Shown here piece by piece: positions 25,160 through 35,532 of a stretch of 64,000 nucleotides of DNA. The notes below the pieces were generated by a model. It was not told the origin of the DNA. It made no database searches and saw nothing but the letters and a program-made list of their open reading frames with translations. Source of the DNA: Solirubrobacterales bacterium (GTDB taxonomy: Bacteria; Actinomycetota; Thermoleophilia; Solirubrobacterales; JACPNS01); assembly GCA_016185345.1 (NCBI GenBank), contig JACPNS010000013.1, positions 10,432-74,431 of the forward strand, given 5' to 3'. The position numbers were made by a program, and so were the translations under genes. Numbering within the stretch: the stretch's first letter is position 1; each line of letters begins with the position of its first letter.

Positions 25160-25975
25160 TTGACTAAGCCGATTACAAACGAACTTGCGGTTCTCGACGG
25201 GCAGCTCATGCCAGTGGAAGAAGCGGCGATCCCCGTCACTGATGAGGGCGTGGTTCGTGGCGACGGAATCTTCGAAGCCTTCCGCGTCTACGGCGGCAAG
25301 CAGTACGGGCTGAATCGCCACATGTCCCGCCTTCAGCACTCTGCCGACGGGATGCAACTTCCTATCGATGCCGACTCCATCAAGCGCGACGTCGCGACTC
25401 TGATCGATGCCCGCGGCGAGTCTGACTATGCGATCCGCATCCTCTGCACACGAGGTGGACACACGGTCGTGAAGAGCGAGCCGCTCGGCGAGTTCCCTGA
25501 GTCAATTTCTCTCTCCTCGGTCGAGTACCGCACGACGATCGTGCTCGATGGCTTGAAGACGCTTTCCTATGCAGGCAACGTCCTCGCCAACCGCATCGCG
25601 GTTGAGCGTGGGTTTGATGAGTCGTTGCTCGTCACGCCTGCGGGGCTCCTGCTTGAGGCGCCGACTGCGGCGCTCTTCTTCTCTCCAAACGGACGCGCGC
25701 TCGTAACGCCGCCGTTGGAGGATGGGATCCTCGACTCAATCACCCGCGCCGCATTGCTCAAAGGGCTCGACGTGGAGGTGCGCAGTTGTTCGCTCGACGA
25801 GGTGACGCGGGCGAGCGAAGCCTTCCTGTGCTCCTCGATCCGCGAGATCCAGGCGGTCAACAAGATCGACGATCACGAGATGGCGGCCCCGGGGCCGCTC
25901 ACCATCGCTGCAAAGCAGCTCTACGCGGATGAGGTTCAGGCAAGAATCGCCTCGTCCGCCGCGAACATCTCCTAG
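25160..25975 (+). CDS. aminotransferase class IV (BCAT / D-amino-acid / ADC-lyase fold)
   Basis: VTDEGVVRGDGIFEAFRVY, R.L.S, LLEAPTAALFF. The TTG start is uncertain. Confidence 0.7.
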   Translation: MTKPITNELAVLDGQLMPVEEAAIPVTDEGVVRGDGIFEAFRVYGGKQYGLNRHMSRLQHSADGMQLPIDADSIKRDVATLIDARGESDYAIRILCTRGGHTVVKSEPLGEFPESISLSSVEYRTTIVLDGLKTLSYAGNVLANRIAVERGFDESLLVTPAGLLLEAPTAALFFSPNGRALVTPPLEDGILDSITRAALLKGLDVEVRSCSLDEVTRASEAFLCSSIREIQAVNKIDDHEMAAPGPLTIAAKQLYADEVQARIASSAANIS

Positions 25976-26006
25976 TACGACCCGCGCGTGACGCGCGCTC
26001 TCACTT

Positions 26007-27089
26007 ATGCACGTACTCACCATCATCGGGAACCGTCCGCAGTTCGTGAAACTGGCCGCCGTCAGCCCGTTGCTGCGCGTGCACCACACCGAGACGCTCA
26101 TCCACACCGGTCAGCACCACGACCGTGAACTCTCGTCGGTCTTCTTCGAACAACTCGGCCTTCCCGAGCCCGATCACAATCTCGCGATCGCAGGCGGCTC
26201 CAACTCGCAGCAGTCCGCGCGGATGATCGAGGCGCTTGAACCGATCGTTGCGGAGGCTGCGCCAGACGTCGTGCTCGTGTACGGCGATACCAACTCAACG
26301 CTCGCAGGCGCGCTCGTAGCCGCGCAACTGAATATCCCGCTCGCGCACGTCGAGGCCGGCCTGCGCTCCTTCGATCGCGCGATGCCCGAAGAGGTCAACC
26401 GCGTCGTCTGTGATGCGCTCGCAGATCTGCTGCTTGCGCCTGGCCCGGCCGCGGCCGAGAACCTCGCCCGCGAAGGCGTCGCCGGAGATGTCGTCGTGAC
26501 CGGTGACGTGATGGGCGACGTTGTGCTCGGACTTCCCTCCGGATCCGCCGCGACCGATTTCGGCGTCGTGCTGAACGGCTACTTCCTCGTCACGGCTCAT
26601 CGCGCCGCGAACGTTGACGATCCCGAGCGCCTCGCCAAGCTCGTGGATCTGATCCTCTCACTCGACCTCGCGGTGATCTTTCCGGTCCACCCGCGCACCC
26701 GCGCGCGCCTCGAAGAGTTCGGCGAGCTCGAGCGACTTGAGGCAGCGCCGACCGTCACTCTCGCGCCGCCGCTCGACTACGCCACGACGATCTCATTGGC
26801 TGCCGACGCGCGCGCCGTCCTGACCGATTCCGGTGGACTGCAGAAGGAGGCGGTCTGGCTCGGCACCCAGTGCATCACCTTGCGGCCAAACACCGAATGG
26901 ATTGAGACGCTTGAAGGCGGCTGGAACACCGTCGCGGACCTCGATGCGGCCCTGGCGGCCCAATCACTGCTTTCTCCCCCTCAGGGAGACGCTCCGAGCC
27001 TCTACAACGCTGGCAATGCGGGTGCCGCGGTGGTTTCCGCGCTTGAAGAGCGATTTGCCCCAGTACCGGGGGTAAAGTCCGCGAGATGA
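26007..27089 (+). CDS. UDP-N-acetylglucosamine 2-epimerase (non-hydrolysing) family
   Basis: IIGNRPQFVKLA, HVEAGLRS, DSGGLQKEA. Confidence 0.85.
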   Translation: MHVLTIIGNRPQFVKLAAVSPLLRVHHTETLIHTGQHHDRELSSVFFEQLGLPEPDHNLAIAGGSNSQQSARMIEALEPIVAEAAPDVVLVYGDTNSTLAGALVAAQLNIPLAHVEAGLRSFDRAMPEEVNRVVCDALADLLLAPGPAAAENLAREGVAGDVVVTGDVMGDVVLGLPSGSAATDFGVVLNGYFLVTAHRAANVDDPERLAKLVDLILSLDLAVIFPVHPRTRARLEEFGELERLEAAPTVTLAPPLDYATTISLAADARAVLTDSGGLQKEAVWLGTQCITLRPNTEWIETLEGGWNTVADLDAALAAQSLLSPPQGDAPSLYNAGNAGAAVVSALEERFAPVPGVKSAR

Positions 27090-28366
27090 CCGAAATCTCT
27101 CAGCACCGCTTCGAGACAGTCGGCGTGATCGGACTCGGTTACGTCGGACTGCCACTCGCCGTGGCCTTCGCCGAGGCCGGGCTCCGCGTGATCGGCCTGG
27201 ACGTCGATCAATCGAAGCTCACAGAGCTGAACGCCGGTGGCTCGTACATCGAGGACGTCCCATCCGAGCAGATCACCAAGCACGCCGATGTCTGCACCTG
27301 GACCAGCGACTACTCCGAGCTCGCTGCGGCCGACGCCGTTGTGATCGCTGTCCCGACACCGCTGACCCCCAACCGCGAGCCAGACCTCGGAGCACTCGTC
27401 GCTTCGGCGACCGCGCTTTCTCGCGTACTCGTTGTGGGTCAACTCGTCGTTCTGGAATCGACCACCTACCCCGGCACAACGCGCGAACGCCTCGTTCCGA
27501 TGCTCGAAGAATCCGGCCTCAAGGCCGGCAGCGATTTCTTCGTCGCCTTCTCCCCCGAGCGCATCGACCCGGGCCGCACCGACTTCACGCTTCGCACCAC
27601 GCCCAAGGTCGTCGGCGGCGACGGCCCCGAGGCCGCCGCGCGCGCCAAGGACTTCTACTCGCTCGTCTGCGACACCATCGTCGAGGTCTCCGGCCCCGAG
27701 GCTGCCGAGATGACCAAGCTGCTCGAGAACATCTACCGCGCAGTGAACATCGCTCTTGTGAATGAGATGGCGGTGATCAGCGACCGCATGGGGATCGATA
27801 TCTGGGAAGTCGTCGAGGCCGCGGCAACCAAACCCTACGGGTTCGCCAGCTTCAAGCCGGGGCCAGGCCTCGGTGGGCACTGCCTGCCAGTTGACCCGTT
27901 CTATCTCTCCTGGAAGGCGCGCGAGTACGGCGTCTCCGCGGAGTTCGTCGAGCTCGCTGGTCGCACGAACACGAACATGCCTCGCTTTGCAACTGAGCGC
28001 GCGATGGAAACGCTGAACAAGGCGGGCGTCGCAACTTCCAACGCCGAGGTCGCAGTGCTCGGCGTTTCCTACAAGCCTGATGTCGGCGACCTTCGCGAGT
28101 CTCCCGCGCTGGAGATCATGGAGCAGCTTGCGGCCCTCGGCGCAACGCTCAGCTACCACGACGCCCACATTGACGAGCTCCCAGCATTCGGTCTTTCCTC
28201 AGAACCGCTCGACGAGGTCCTCGCTCGCGCGGATCTCGCATTGATCGTCACCGCTCACTCTGCAGTTGACTACGCCGAGGTCGTTGCGAACGCCAAGCAG
28301 GTGCTCGACTTCCGCGGAGTCACGCGCGGGCTCGACGTGGAGTCCGCGAAGGTCGTCAGGCTCTAA
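27086..28366 (+). CDS. nucleotide-sugar 6-dehydrogenase (WbpA/WecC-like)
   Basis: NAD motif GLGYVGLP, catalytic Cys region GGHCLPVDP, and a UDPG/MGDP dehydrogenase C-terminal domain. ATGA overlap with the upstream gene. Confidence 0.85.
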   Translation: MTEISQHRFETVGVIGLGYVGLPLAVAFAEAGLRVIGLDVDQSKLTELNAGGSYIEDVPSEQITKHADVCTWTSDYSELAAADAVVIAVPTPLTPNREPDLGALVASATALSRVLVVGQLVVLESTTYPGTTRERLVPMLEESGLKAGSDFFVAFSPERIDPGRTDFTLRTTPKVVGGDGPEAAARAKDFYSLVCDTIVEVSGPEAAEMTKLLENIYRAVNIALVNEMAVISDRMGIDIWEVVEAAATKPYGFASFKPGPGLGGHCLPVDPFYLSWKAREYGVSAEFVELAGRTNTNMPRFATERAMETLNKAGVATSNAEVAVLGVSYKPDVGDLRESPALEIMEQLAALGATLSYHDAHIDELPAFGLSSEPLDEVLARADLALIVTAHSAVDYAEVVANAKQVLDFRGVTRGLDVESAKVVRL

Positions 28367-28369
28367 CGC

Positions 28370-29380
28370 GTGAGTGACGCCGTATCCATCGGAGTTCTTG
28401 GCCTGGGCTACTGGGGCCCGAACCTCGCGCGCAACTTTGCTGCGCTGGAGGGTGCCGAGGTGGCTTGGCTCTGTGACGGCGACCCAATAAGCCTTGAGCG
28501 CCAGCGCTCGGCGCACCCGTCGGCAAAACTGACCGGAGACTTCGACCAGCTTCTGGCGGACCCGTCGCTCGAAGCTGTCGTGATCGCCGCACCGGTCCCG
28601 GCCCACGCCGAACTCGCCCTCCAGGCGATCGCCGCCGGCAAGCACGTCTTCATCGAGAAGCCGATCGGTGCCACCCTGGCCGAGGCTGAACAGGTGGCCG
28701 AGGCTGCCGCCACAAGCGGCAAGGTCGTGATGGTCGATCACCTCCTGGAGTACCACCCAGCCGTCATCAAGCTCCGCTCCTTGATCGAGGACGGCGAGCT
28801 CGGCGACATCCGGTACGTCTACTCAACGCGCCTGAACCTCGGCAAGCTGCGCACCGACGAGAACGCGCTCTGGAGCCTCGGACCGCACGACGTATCGGTC
28901 GCTCTCGCGCTGATCGATCAGGAGCCCGACGAGATCTACGCCCACGGCGAGTCCTACATGAACGAAGGCGTCGAGGACGTCGTCTTCGGCTACATGCGCT
29001 TCCCGACCGGAGTCGCCGCGCATATCCACCTTTCCTGGCTTGACCCGCACAAGGAGCGCCGCATCACCGTGGTCGGCTCCAAGCGCATGGCGACCTTCGA
29101 CGACATGAGTATCGAGGGCAAGCTGACGATCTACGACAAGGGCTTCGACGAAAACTACGAGTCATACGGCGAGTACCTGGCGCGCTCGGGCGACGTAACG
29201 ATGCCCCAGATCTCCAACGAAGAGCCACTGCGCATCGTCTGTCGCCACTTCGTCGAGTGCATCCAGACCGGCGCGACTCCGCGAACTGATGCGCGGTCGG
29301 GCCTGCGCACCGTGCGTGTGCTCGAAGAGCTTCAGAACTCGCTCGACTCATCCCGCGCGCGCGGGCGCGCCGAAGTCTGA
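28370..29380 (+). CDS. Gfo/Idh/MocA family oxidoreductase (WbpB-like)
   Basis: GLGYWGPN Rossmann motif and FIEKP motif. Confidence 0.8.
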   Translation: MSDAVSIGVLGLGYWGPNLARNFAALEGAEVAWLCDGDPISLERQRSAHPSAKLTGDFDQLLADPSLEAVVIAAPVPAHAELALQAIAAGKHVFIEKPIGATLAEAEQVAEAAATSGKVVMVDHLLEYHPAVIKLRSLIEDGELGDIRYVYSTRLNLGKLRTDENALWSLGPHDVSVALALIDQEPDEIYAHGESYMNEGVEDVVFGYMRFPTGVAAHIHLSWLDPHKERRITVVGSKRMATFDDMSIEGKLTIYDKGFDENYESYGEYLARSGDVTMPQISNEEPLRIVCRHFVECIQTGATPRTDARSGLRTVRVLEELQNSLDSSRARGRAEV

Positions 29381-30018
29381 TGATTCCCGCCGACGCTCAG
29401 ATCGGCGAAGGGGTCGTCGTTCATCCAGGAACGGTGATCGGCAAGGGATGCATTCTGCAGGACGGTGCGATCGTCGGCAAGCCGGCCGTGCTTGGCAAGA
29501 CCTCGACGGCCGCGGGCGACGCCGCCCCGACTGTGCTTGGAGACGGAGTTGCAGTCTGTGCCAACGCGGTTGTGTTTGCCGGCGCAGAGCTTGCAGACGG
29601 CGCGATCGTTGGAGACCACGCAATCGTGCGCGAGCGCGCGACGATCGGCGAGCGTTCGATCGTTGGCGCGAACGTCGTTGTCGAGAACGACACGGTCGTG
29701 GGCGATCGCGTGAAGATCCAGACCGGGGCCTACGTGACCGCGCATGTGATCGTCGAAAACGACGTCTTCATCGCCCCTGCAGTTGTCACCACCAACGACA
29801 ACACAATGGGTCGCCACGGGGCCGATCACAGCAACAAAGGCCCGATTTTCCGCCGCGGATGTCGCGTCGGTGCAGCCGCCGTGATCCTGCCCGGAATCGA
29901 GATCGGCGAAGAGGCGTTTGTGGCCGCGGGAGCGCTCGTGACGCGCGATGTGGCCGCCGGAATGCTCGTGATGGGGTCTCCAGCCCGCGAAGTGCGTGCA
30001 ATAGACGCTGCACACTGA
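29380..30018 (+). CDS. hexapeptide-repeat (left-handed beta-helix) N-acetyltransferase (WbpD-like)
   Basis: Continuous [LIV]-G-x-x-x-x hexapeptide periodicity. Its start abuts the upstream stop. Confidence 0.8.
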   Translation: MIPADAQIGEGVVVHPGTVIGKGCILQDGAIVGKPAVLGKTSTAAGDAAPTVLGDGVAVCANAVVFAGAELADGAIVGDHAIVRERATIGERSIVGANVVVENDTVVGDRVKIQTGAYVTAHVIVENDVFIAPAVVTTNDNTMGRHGADHSNKGPIFRRGCRVGAAAVILPGIEIGEEAFVAAGALVTRDVAAGMLVMGSPAREVRAIDAAH

Positions 30019-30100
30019 CCCACCCGATTTTCGAATTCGATTGAAGTTCCGCCCGTAGCTGCCGATACAGGCGGAGTACAACAATCGTTGAGGTGGACCA

Positions 30101-32752
30101 ATGTCAGACGGCCAGTTTCCGTCCGAGTCTCCGCAAGACCCGGCAAACTCCCCCCAAGCAAGCTCAGAAAACCTTTCGCAGGAACCCGGTCTCGCGCCGA
30201 TTGGCGCCTCCACGCCCGGCGAGTGGCCGCAGAATCCTGACGAGCCCGTGATCGACGTGCCGACCGGCGGCCAGTACCCGGACGACATGTTCGGCGTTGG
30301 CGGCGACGAGGCTGAAATCTCGTTTCCCGAGGACGCATCCTCGGGTGGGCTCGCAGACGTCGGACTCTCCTACGGCGACGGCAACGAAGACATGATTCTT
30401 CCGCCCCCGGCCGAGCCTCAGCCGCTGACCGAACTTGCAATGGACCCGCTCCCCGCGCCGCAGAACGACGCTGGCGGAGACATGTTCTCAATCGACGATC
30501 TCGTCGAACCCGAGGTCGAGCCAGCAGTGCCCGAGGCAGTCGCACCCGCCCCGCTGCCCGCCCCACCAGACAACGGCGACATGTTCTCGATCGACGATTT
30601 TGATGACGACGCAGCTCAGATCGAAGACCCCGCTGCGGCAGCTGCCGGTGGCGACATGTTCTCGATCGATGACTTGTCTGTCGACGAGCCGGTAGAAGCC
30701 CACACGATCGAGCCGCTCGCCGCCGAGCCGTTGGCTTCCCCCGAGCCGCTTTCTGCCGAACCGCTTTCTGTAGAGCCGCTTCAGGCGCCCGAGCCGTTGG
30801 CTTCCCCCGAGCCGCTCGCCGCACCGGAGGACACCTTCGCTGCCCCGGAGCCGATCTCGACCCCTGAGCCCACTTTTGAGCTGGAGCAGCCGGCCTTCGA
30901 GCCGCCTCCGGCCCTCGAGCCCGCGTTCGAAATGGAGCAGCCGACATTCGAGCCGATGCAAGAAGTTCCGGCCGACGAGCCGATGCCAGCAATCCCGGCT
31001 CCGCCCGAGCAGGCCCCGTCCGAGTCCTCGGAGTACGCCAATCCGCCGATGAACGATCGCGAACTGGTCTTCTCGCAGCCCGGCGAAGAGGCTCCGCCGC
31101 TCGTCAGTGAGGAAATCGCCAACCCTTACGCCGAAGTTTCCAGCGAGGCCGATGTTCTTGACCCTGCAACGGGCTTCGGAGACGAGCCGGACGTCGACCC
31201 CGACGTGCCGACTCAGATCGTCAACCCGTACGCCGAGGTTTCGACCGAGGCACAGGTGATCGACCCGGCGATGGCGCTCTCGCAGACCGAGGGAGTCGTC
31301 GAAGAGGCCGAGCACGAGGCGTTTATCCGCAGCGACCCGACGATCCAACCGATCGAAGAACAGATCCCGCAAGACCCGAACGCGCCGAACGACGACCAGC
31401 CGTTCTACCAGGACTTCAACACTGCTTCAAGCTACGGGGACACCGAGCTGCCAGGGACCAATCGCACGGAAAGCGTCGCGCCTCCAGGGATGGATGGAAT
31501 GGTCGTCGGTGGACTCGTCGTCGCCGACGGTGGCAAGGGCGTCAAGAAGGCTGAGCCCACGCAGAAGGGTAAGAAGGCGAAGCGCGGTTCATTCGGACGC
31601 GGTAAGAAGGACGCCGCTCAGCCGCAGGGCGAGCAGCTCGTAGAGCCGGCAGCGATGTCGGCTGCGCCAGGAATTGATCCCTCGGCCGTTCCGGCTCCGC
31701 CTGCATACGAAGCTGCTCCCGCAGTTCCGGCGTACGACCCCTCAGCGGTCGCCCCTGCAGCTCCGATCTACGACCAGCAGCCCGTCGCCCAACCAGAATT
31801 TGCTCAGGCGCCGGTGGCACCGCCACCGGCCGGTCCATATGCCCAGCCCGGCGAGAGCAGCATGCAGCCGGGTGCAGCCAAGCCCAAGTCATTCTTCGGA
31901 ATCAAGTACGGCAAGGCCGAAGGCCAGGCCGCAGCTCCCAAGGCGGCAAAGGCCGCCAAGCTCGGTCAGAAGTCATTCTTCGGAATCAAGTACGGAGGCA
32001 CAGAGGCCCCACAAGCCCCGGCACCGATCACCCAGCAGCCCTACGTCGAGGCACCTGCCCCGCAGCAGCCGATCGCGCAAGAGCCTGCCCTGCAGCAGCC
32101 CGTCGCAGCTCAACCCGTGATGCCTGCCGCGCCAACTGCCGCCAAGCCCAAGTCATTCTTCGGAATCAAGTACGGAGGCACAGAGGCCCCGCAGGCCCCG
32201 GCACCGATCGCCCAGCAGCCAGTCGCTCCGCAGGCGCCCGCGCCGGTCGCGCAAACGGAATCCTTTTTGCCTCCCCCGGCTCCGTACGCTGAAGCTCCGG
32301 CCCAGCCATACGCTGAGGTCCCCGCCCAGCTGCAGGCTCTGGTGATCGAGAGCGCCGAGTCAGCCGAGCACGCCAAGAAGTCCAAGAAGCGCGGAATGAA
32401 GCAGAAGGCCCCGGCCAAGGTCGGCCAGAAGTCATTCTTCGGAATCAAGTACGGCGGCACCGTCGTCGACCATGCACCGCCGGCAGCAGCCCAGCCGCAG
32501 CCGGCTGCGATGCCGGCGCCGGTCGCCGCGCCCGCTCCGCCTGCATACGCACCGCAGCAGCCGGTTCAGGCCGCTGCTGCTGTACCAACCGCCTTCCCAG
32601 GGGGATACACGGCCGACTTCGCAAGCAACGGGGCGCAAGCTCCCGCTGCCGCGGCGGCCGCAGTTCCCTCACAAGCTCCGGAGCAGATCATGCCGCCAGT
32701 CGCACAGACGGCGCAGCAGACTCAGCTCCAGGCCCAACCGCCAGGCCAGTAG
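30101..32752 (+). CDS. 883-aa low-complexity, probably intrinsically disordered repeat-motif protein
   Basis: A GAGGTGGA RBS precedes the ATG. No TM segment or signal peptide is visible. The N-terminal half is acidic and Pro/Glu/Ala-rich; the C-terminal half is Pro/Ala/Gln/Lys-rich. There are at least four internal motif families. Confidence 0.6.
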   Translation: MSDGQFPSESPQDPANSPQASSENLSQEPGLAPIGASTPGEWPQNPDEPVIDVPTGGQYPDDMFGVGGDEAEISFPEDASSGGLADVGLSYGDGNEDMILPPPAEPQPLTELAMDPLPAPQNDAGGDMFSIDDLVEPEVEPAVPEAVAPAPLPAPPDNGDMFSIDDFDDDAAQIEDPAAAAAGGDMFSIDDLSVDEPVEAHTIEPLAAEPLASPEPLSAEPLSVEPLQAPEPLASPEPLAAPEDTFAAPEPISTPEPTFELEQPAFEPPPALEPAFEMEQPTFEPMQEVPADEPMPAIPAPPEQAPSESSEYANPPMNDRELVFSQPGEEAPPLVSEEIANPYAEVSSEADVLDPATGFGDEPDVDPDVPTQIVNPYAEVSTEAQVIDPAMALSQTEGVVEEAEHEAFIRSDPTIQPIEEQIPQDPNAPNDDQPFYQDFNTASSYGDTELPGTNRTESVAPPGMDGMVVGGLVVADGGKGVKKAEPTQKGKKAKRGSFGRGKKDAAQPQGEQLVEPAAMSAAPGIDPSAVPAPPAYEAAPAVPAYDPSAVAPAAPIYDQQPVAQPEFAQAPVAPPPAGPYAQPGESSMQPGAAKPKSFFGIKYGKAEGQAAAPKAAKAAKLGQKSFFGIKYGGTEAPQAPAPITQQPYVEAPAPQQPIAQEPALQQPVAAQPVMPAAPTAAKPKSFFGIKYGGTEAPQAPAPIAQQPVAPQAPAPVAQTESFLPPPAPYAEAPAQPYAEVPAQLQALVIESAESAEHAKKSKKRGMKQKAPAKVGQKSFFGIKYGGTVVDHAPPAAAQPQPAAMPAPVAAPAPPAYAPQQPVQAAAAVPTAFPGGYTADFASNGAQAPAAAAAAVPSQAPEQIMPPVAQTAQQTQLQAQPPGQ
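30476..30676 (+). repeat. three in-frame copies of the GDMFSIDD(L/F) coding motif
   Basis: ggagacatgttctcaatcgacgatctc, ggcgacatgttctcgatcgacgatttt and ggcgacatgttctcgatcgatgacttg. Confidence 0.8.
31886..32454 (+). repeat. four exact copies of a 26-nt unit encoding KSFFGIKYG
   Basis: aagtcattcttcggaatcaagtacgg occurs at 31886, 31970, 32150 and 32429. Copies 2 and 3 extend to about 70 nt of near identity. Confidence 0.85.
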
Positions 32753-32809
32753 GAATCGCGAACCCGGTGGGATCAGCTCCCACCGGGCGACGCCCTATCA
32801 TCCGCCGTC

Positions 32810-33544
32810 ATGAGTGATGAGTACTTTTCCGCGCAGCCCGAGACGGCGGCGTCGGCAGGTAATCCCGCACCGGTCTGGGAGCTGTCAGGTTGGTGGCGAC
32901 GCGTAGGTGCGTCGCTCGTCGATGGGTTGATCATCTGGATACCGCTCACGATCATCTACAGCCTGATTGTCGGCGTAGGCGGCGAGTCCGGTGACTCAAA
33001 CGCCTACGAGGGCGGCCGCTGGCTGATCGGCCTTCTCGCCAGTTCGGCTTACTTCATGGCGACCATGTCAGCCTGGAATGGCCAGACGATTGGAAAGCGC
33101 GTGACCGCAATCCGTGTGGTGCGCGAGAACGGCGAGTCGGTCGATGCAAAGTTTGCCTTCGTTCGGCAGATCCTCGTCATCTCGATTCTCTTCAACACGA
33201 TCGGCGCGCTCTTCCTTTTGATCCCGATGATCCTCAACTATTTGTGGCCACTCTGGGACGACAAAAACCAGGCGCTCCACGACAAAGTCGTCAAGTCGCG
33301 AGTCGTGCGCGAGCAGCCGTCCACCGATCCGGGATCCGTCCAGGCCGCGCAGCAGCAAGAACAAGCACCATTCCCAGTAGCGACTCCACCCGCACCGCAC
33401 ACGCCAGCGGCACCGGCTTCAACTCCGATTCCGCCCGTCCCGCCCGTCCCACCGCCACCGCCACCGCCGCCACCAAGTGGCACGTCCACGCCGTACGCGC
33501 CGCCATCTGGGTTCGAGAACCCGGTGCCTGAAGACGAGAAGTAG
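32810..33544 (+). CDS. RDD family membrane protein with Pro-rich C-terminal tail
   Basis: WWRRVGASLVDGLI, three TM segments, and the tail PPVPPVPPPPPPPPPSG. Confidence 0.7.
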   Translation: MSDEYFSAQPETAASAGNPAPVWELSGWWRRVGASLVDGLIIWIPLTIIYSLIVGVGGESGDSNAYEGGRWLIGLLASSAYFMATMSAWNGQTIGKRVTAIRVVRENGESVDAKFAFVRQILVISILFNTIGALFLLIPMILNYLWPLWDDKNQALHDKVVKSRVVREQPSTDPGSVQAAQQQEQAPFPVATPPAPHTPAAPASTPIPPVPPVPPPPPPPPPSGTSTPYAPPSGFENPVPEDEK

Positions 33545-33553
33545 CTTCGCGCG

Positions 33554-35299
<1,746 letters not shown>

Positions 35300-35309
<10 letters not shown>

Positions 35310-35509
35310 GCGGCTTCCATGTCTGCCACCACATCCTCGAGGAAGTCCGTGCCTTCCATTGCGAGCACCTCTTCCTTCGAGAGGGGATGGCCAGCGAGGT
35401 GATGCAGGGCCATGTCCACTGCCTCTCGCTTCGTCTTCAAGCCGTAGCGTTCCATGATTGTCGCGACGGCCTGGTCGTCAAGCTCAATGTTCGTACGACT
35501 GGTGCTCAT
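35300..35509 (-). CDS. vapB: VapB-type antitoxin
   Basis: 69 aa from the ATG at 35509 (MSTSRTNIELDD...). It overlaps the vapC start by 10 nt. Confidence 0.7.
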
Positions 35510-35532
35510 ACACCAATCATACACCAAGGCTG

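Noticed and set aside
27002-28168. 388-aa minus-strand ORF
   Set aside because: It is antisense to the nucleotide-sugar dehydrogenase, which has clear NAD and catalytic-Cys motifs. This is a shadow ORF.
29289-30992. Arg-rich ORFs 29289-30044 (+), 29332-30288 (-) and 29826-30992 (-)
   Set aside because: They overlap the hexapeptide acetyltransferase and the repeat protein in other frames. The extreme Arg/Pro/Ser content is typical of off-frame translation of GC-rich DNA.
31886-32454. CRISPR-like array suggested by four identical 26-nt units
   Set aside because: The spacings are irregular (84, 180 and 279 nt). All copies are in-frame within one long ORF and encode the same peptide motif. There are no cas genes or leader. 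These are coding repeats, not a CRISPR array.
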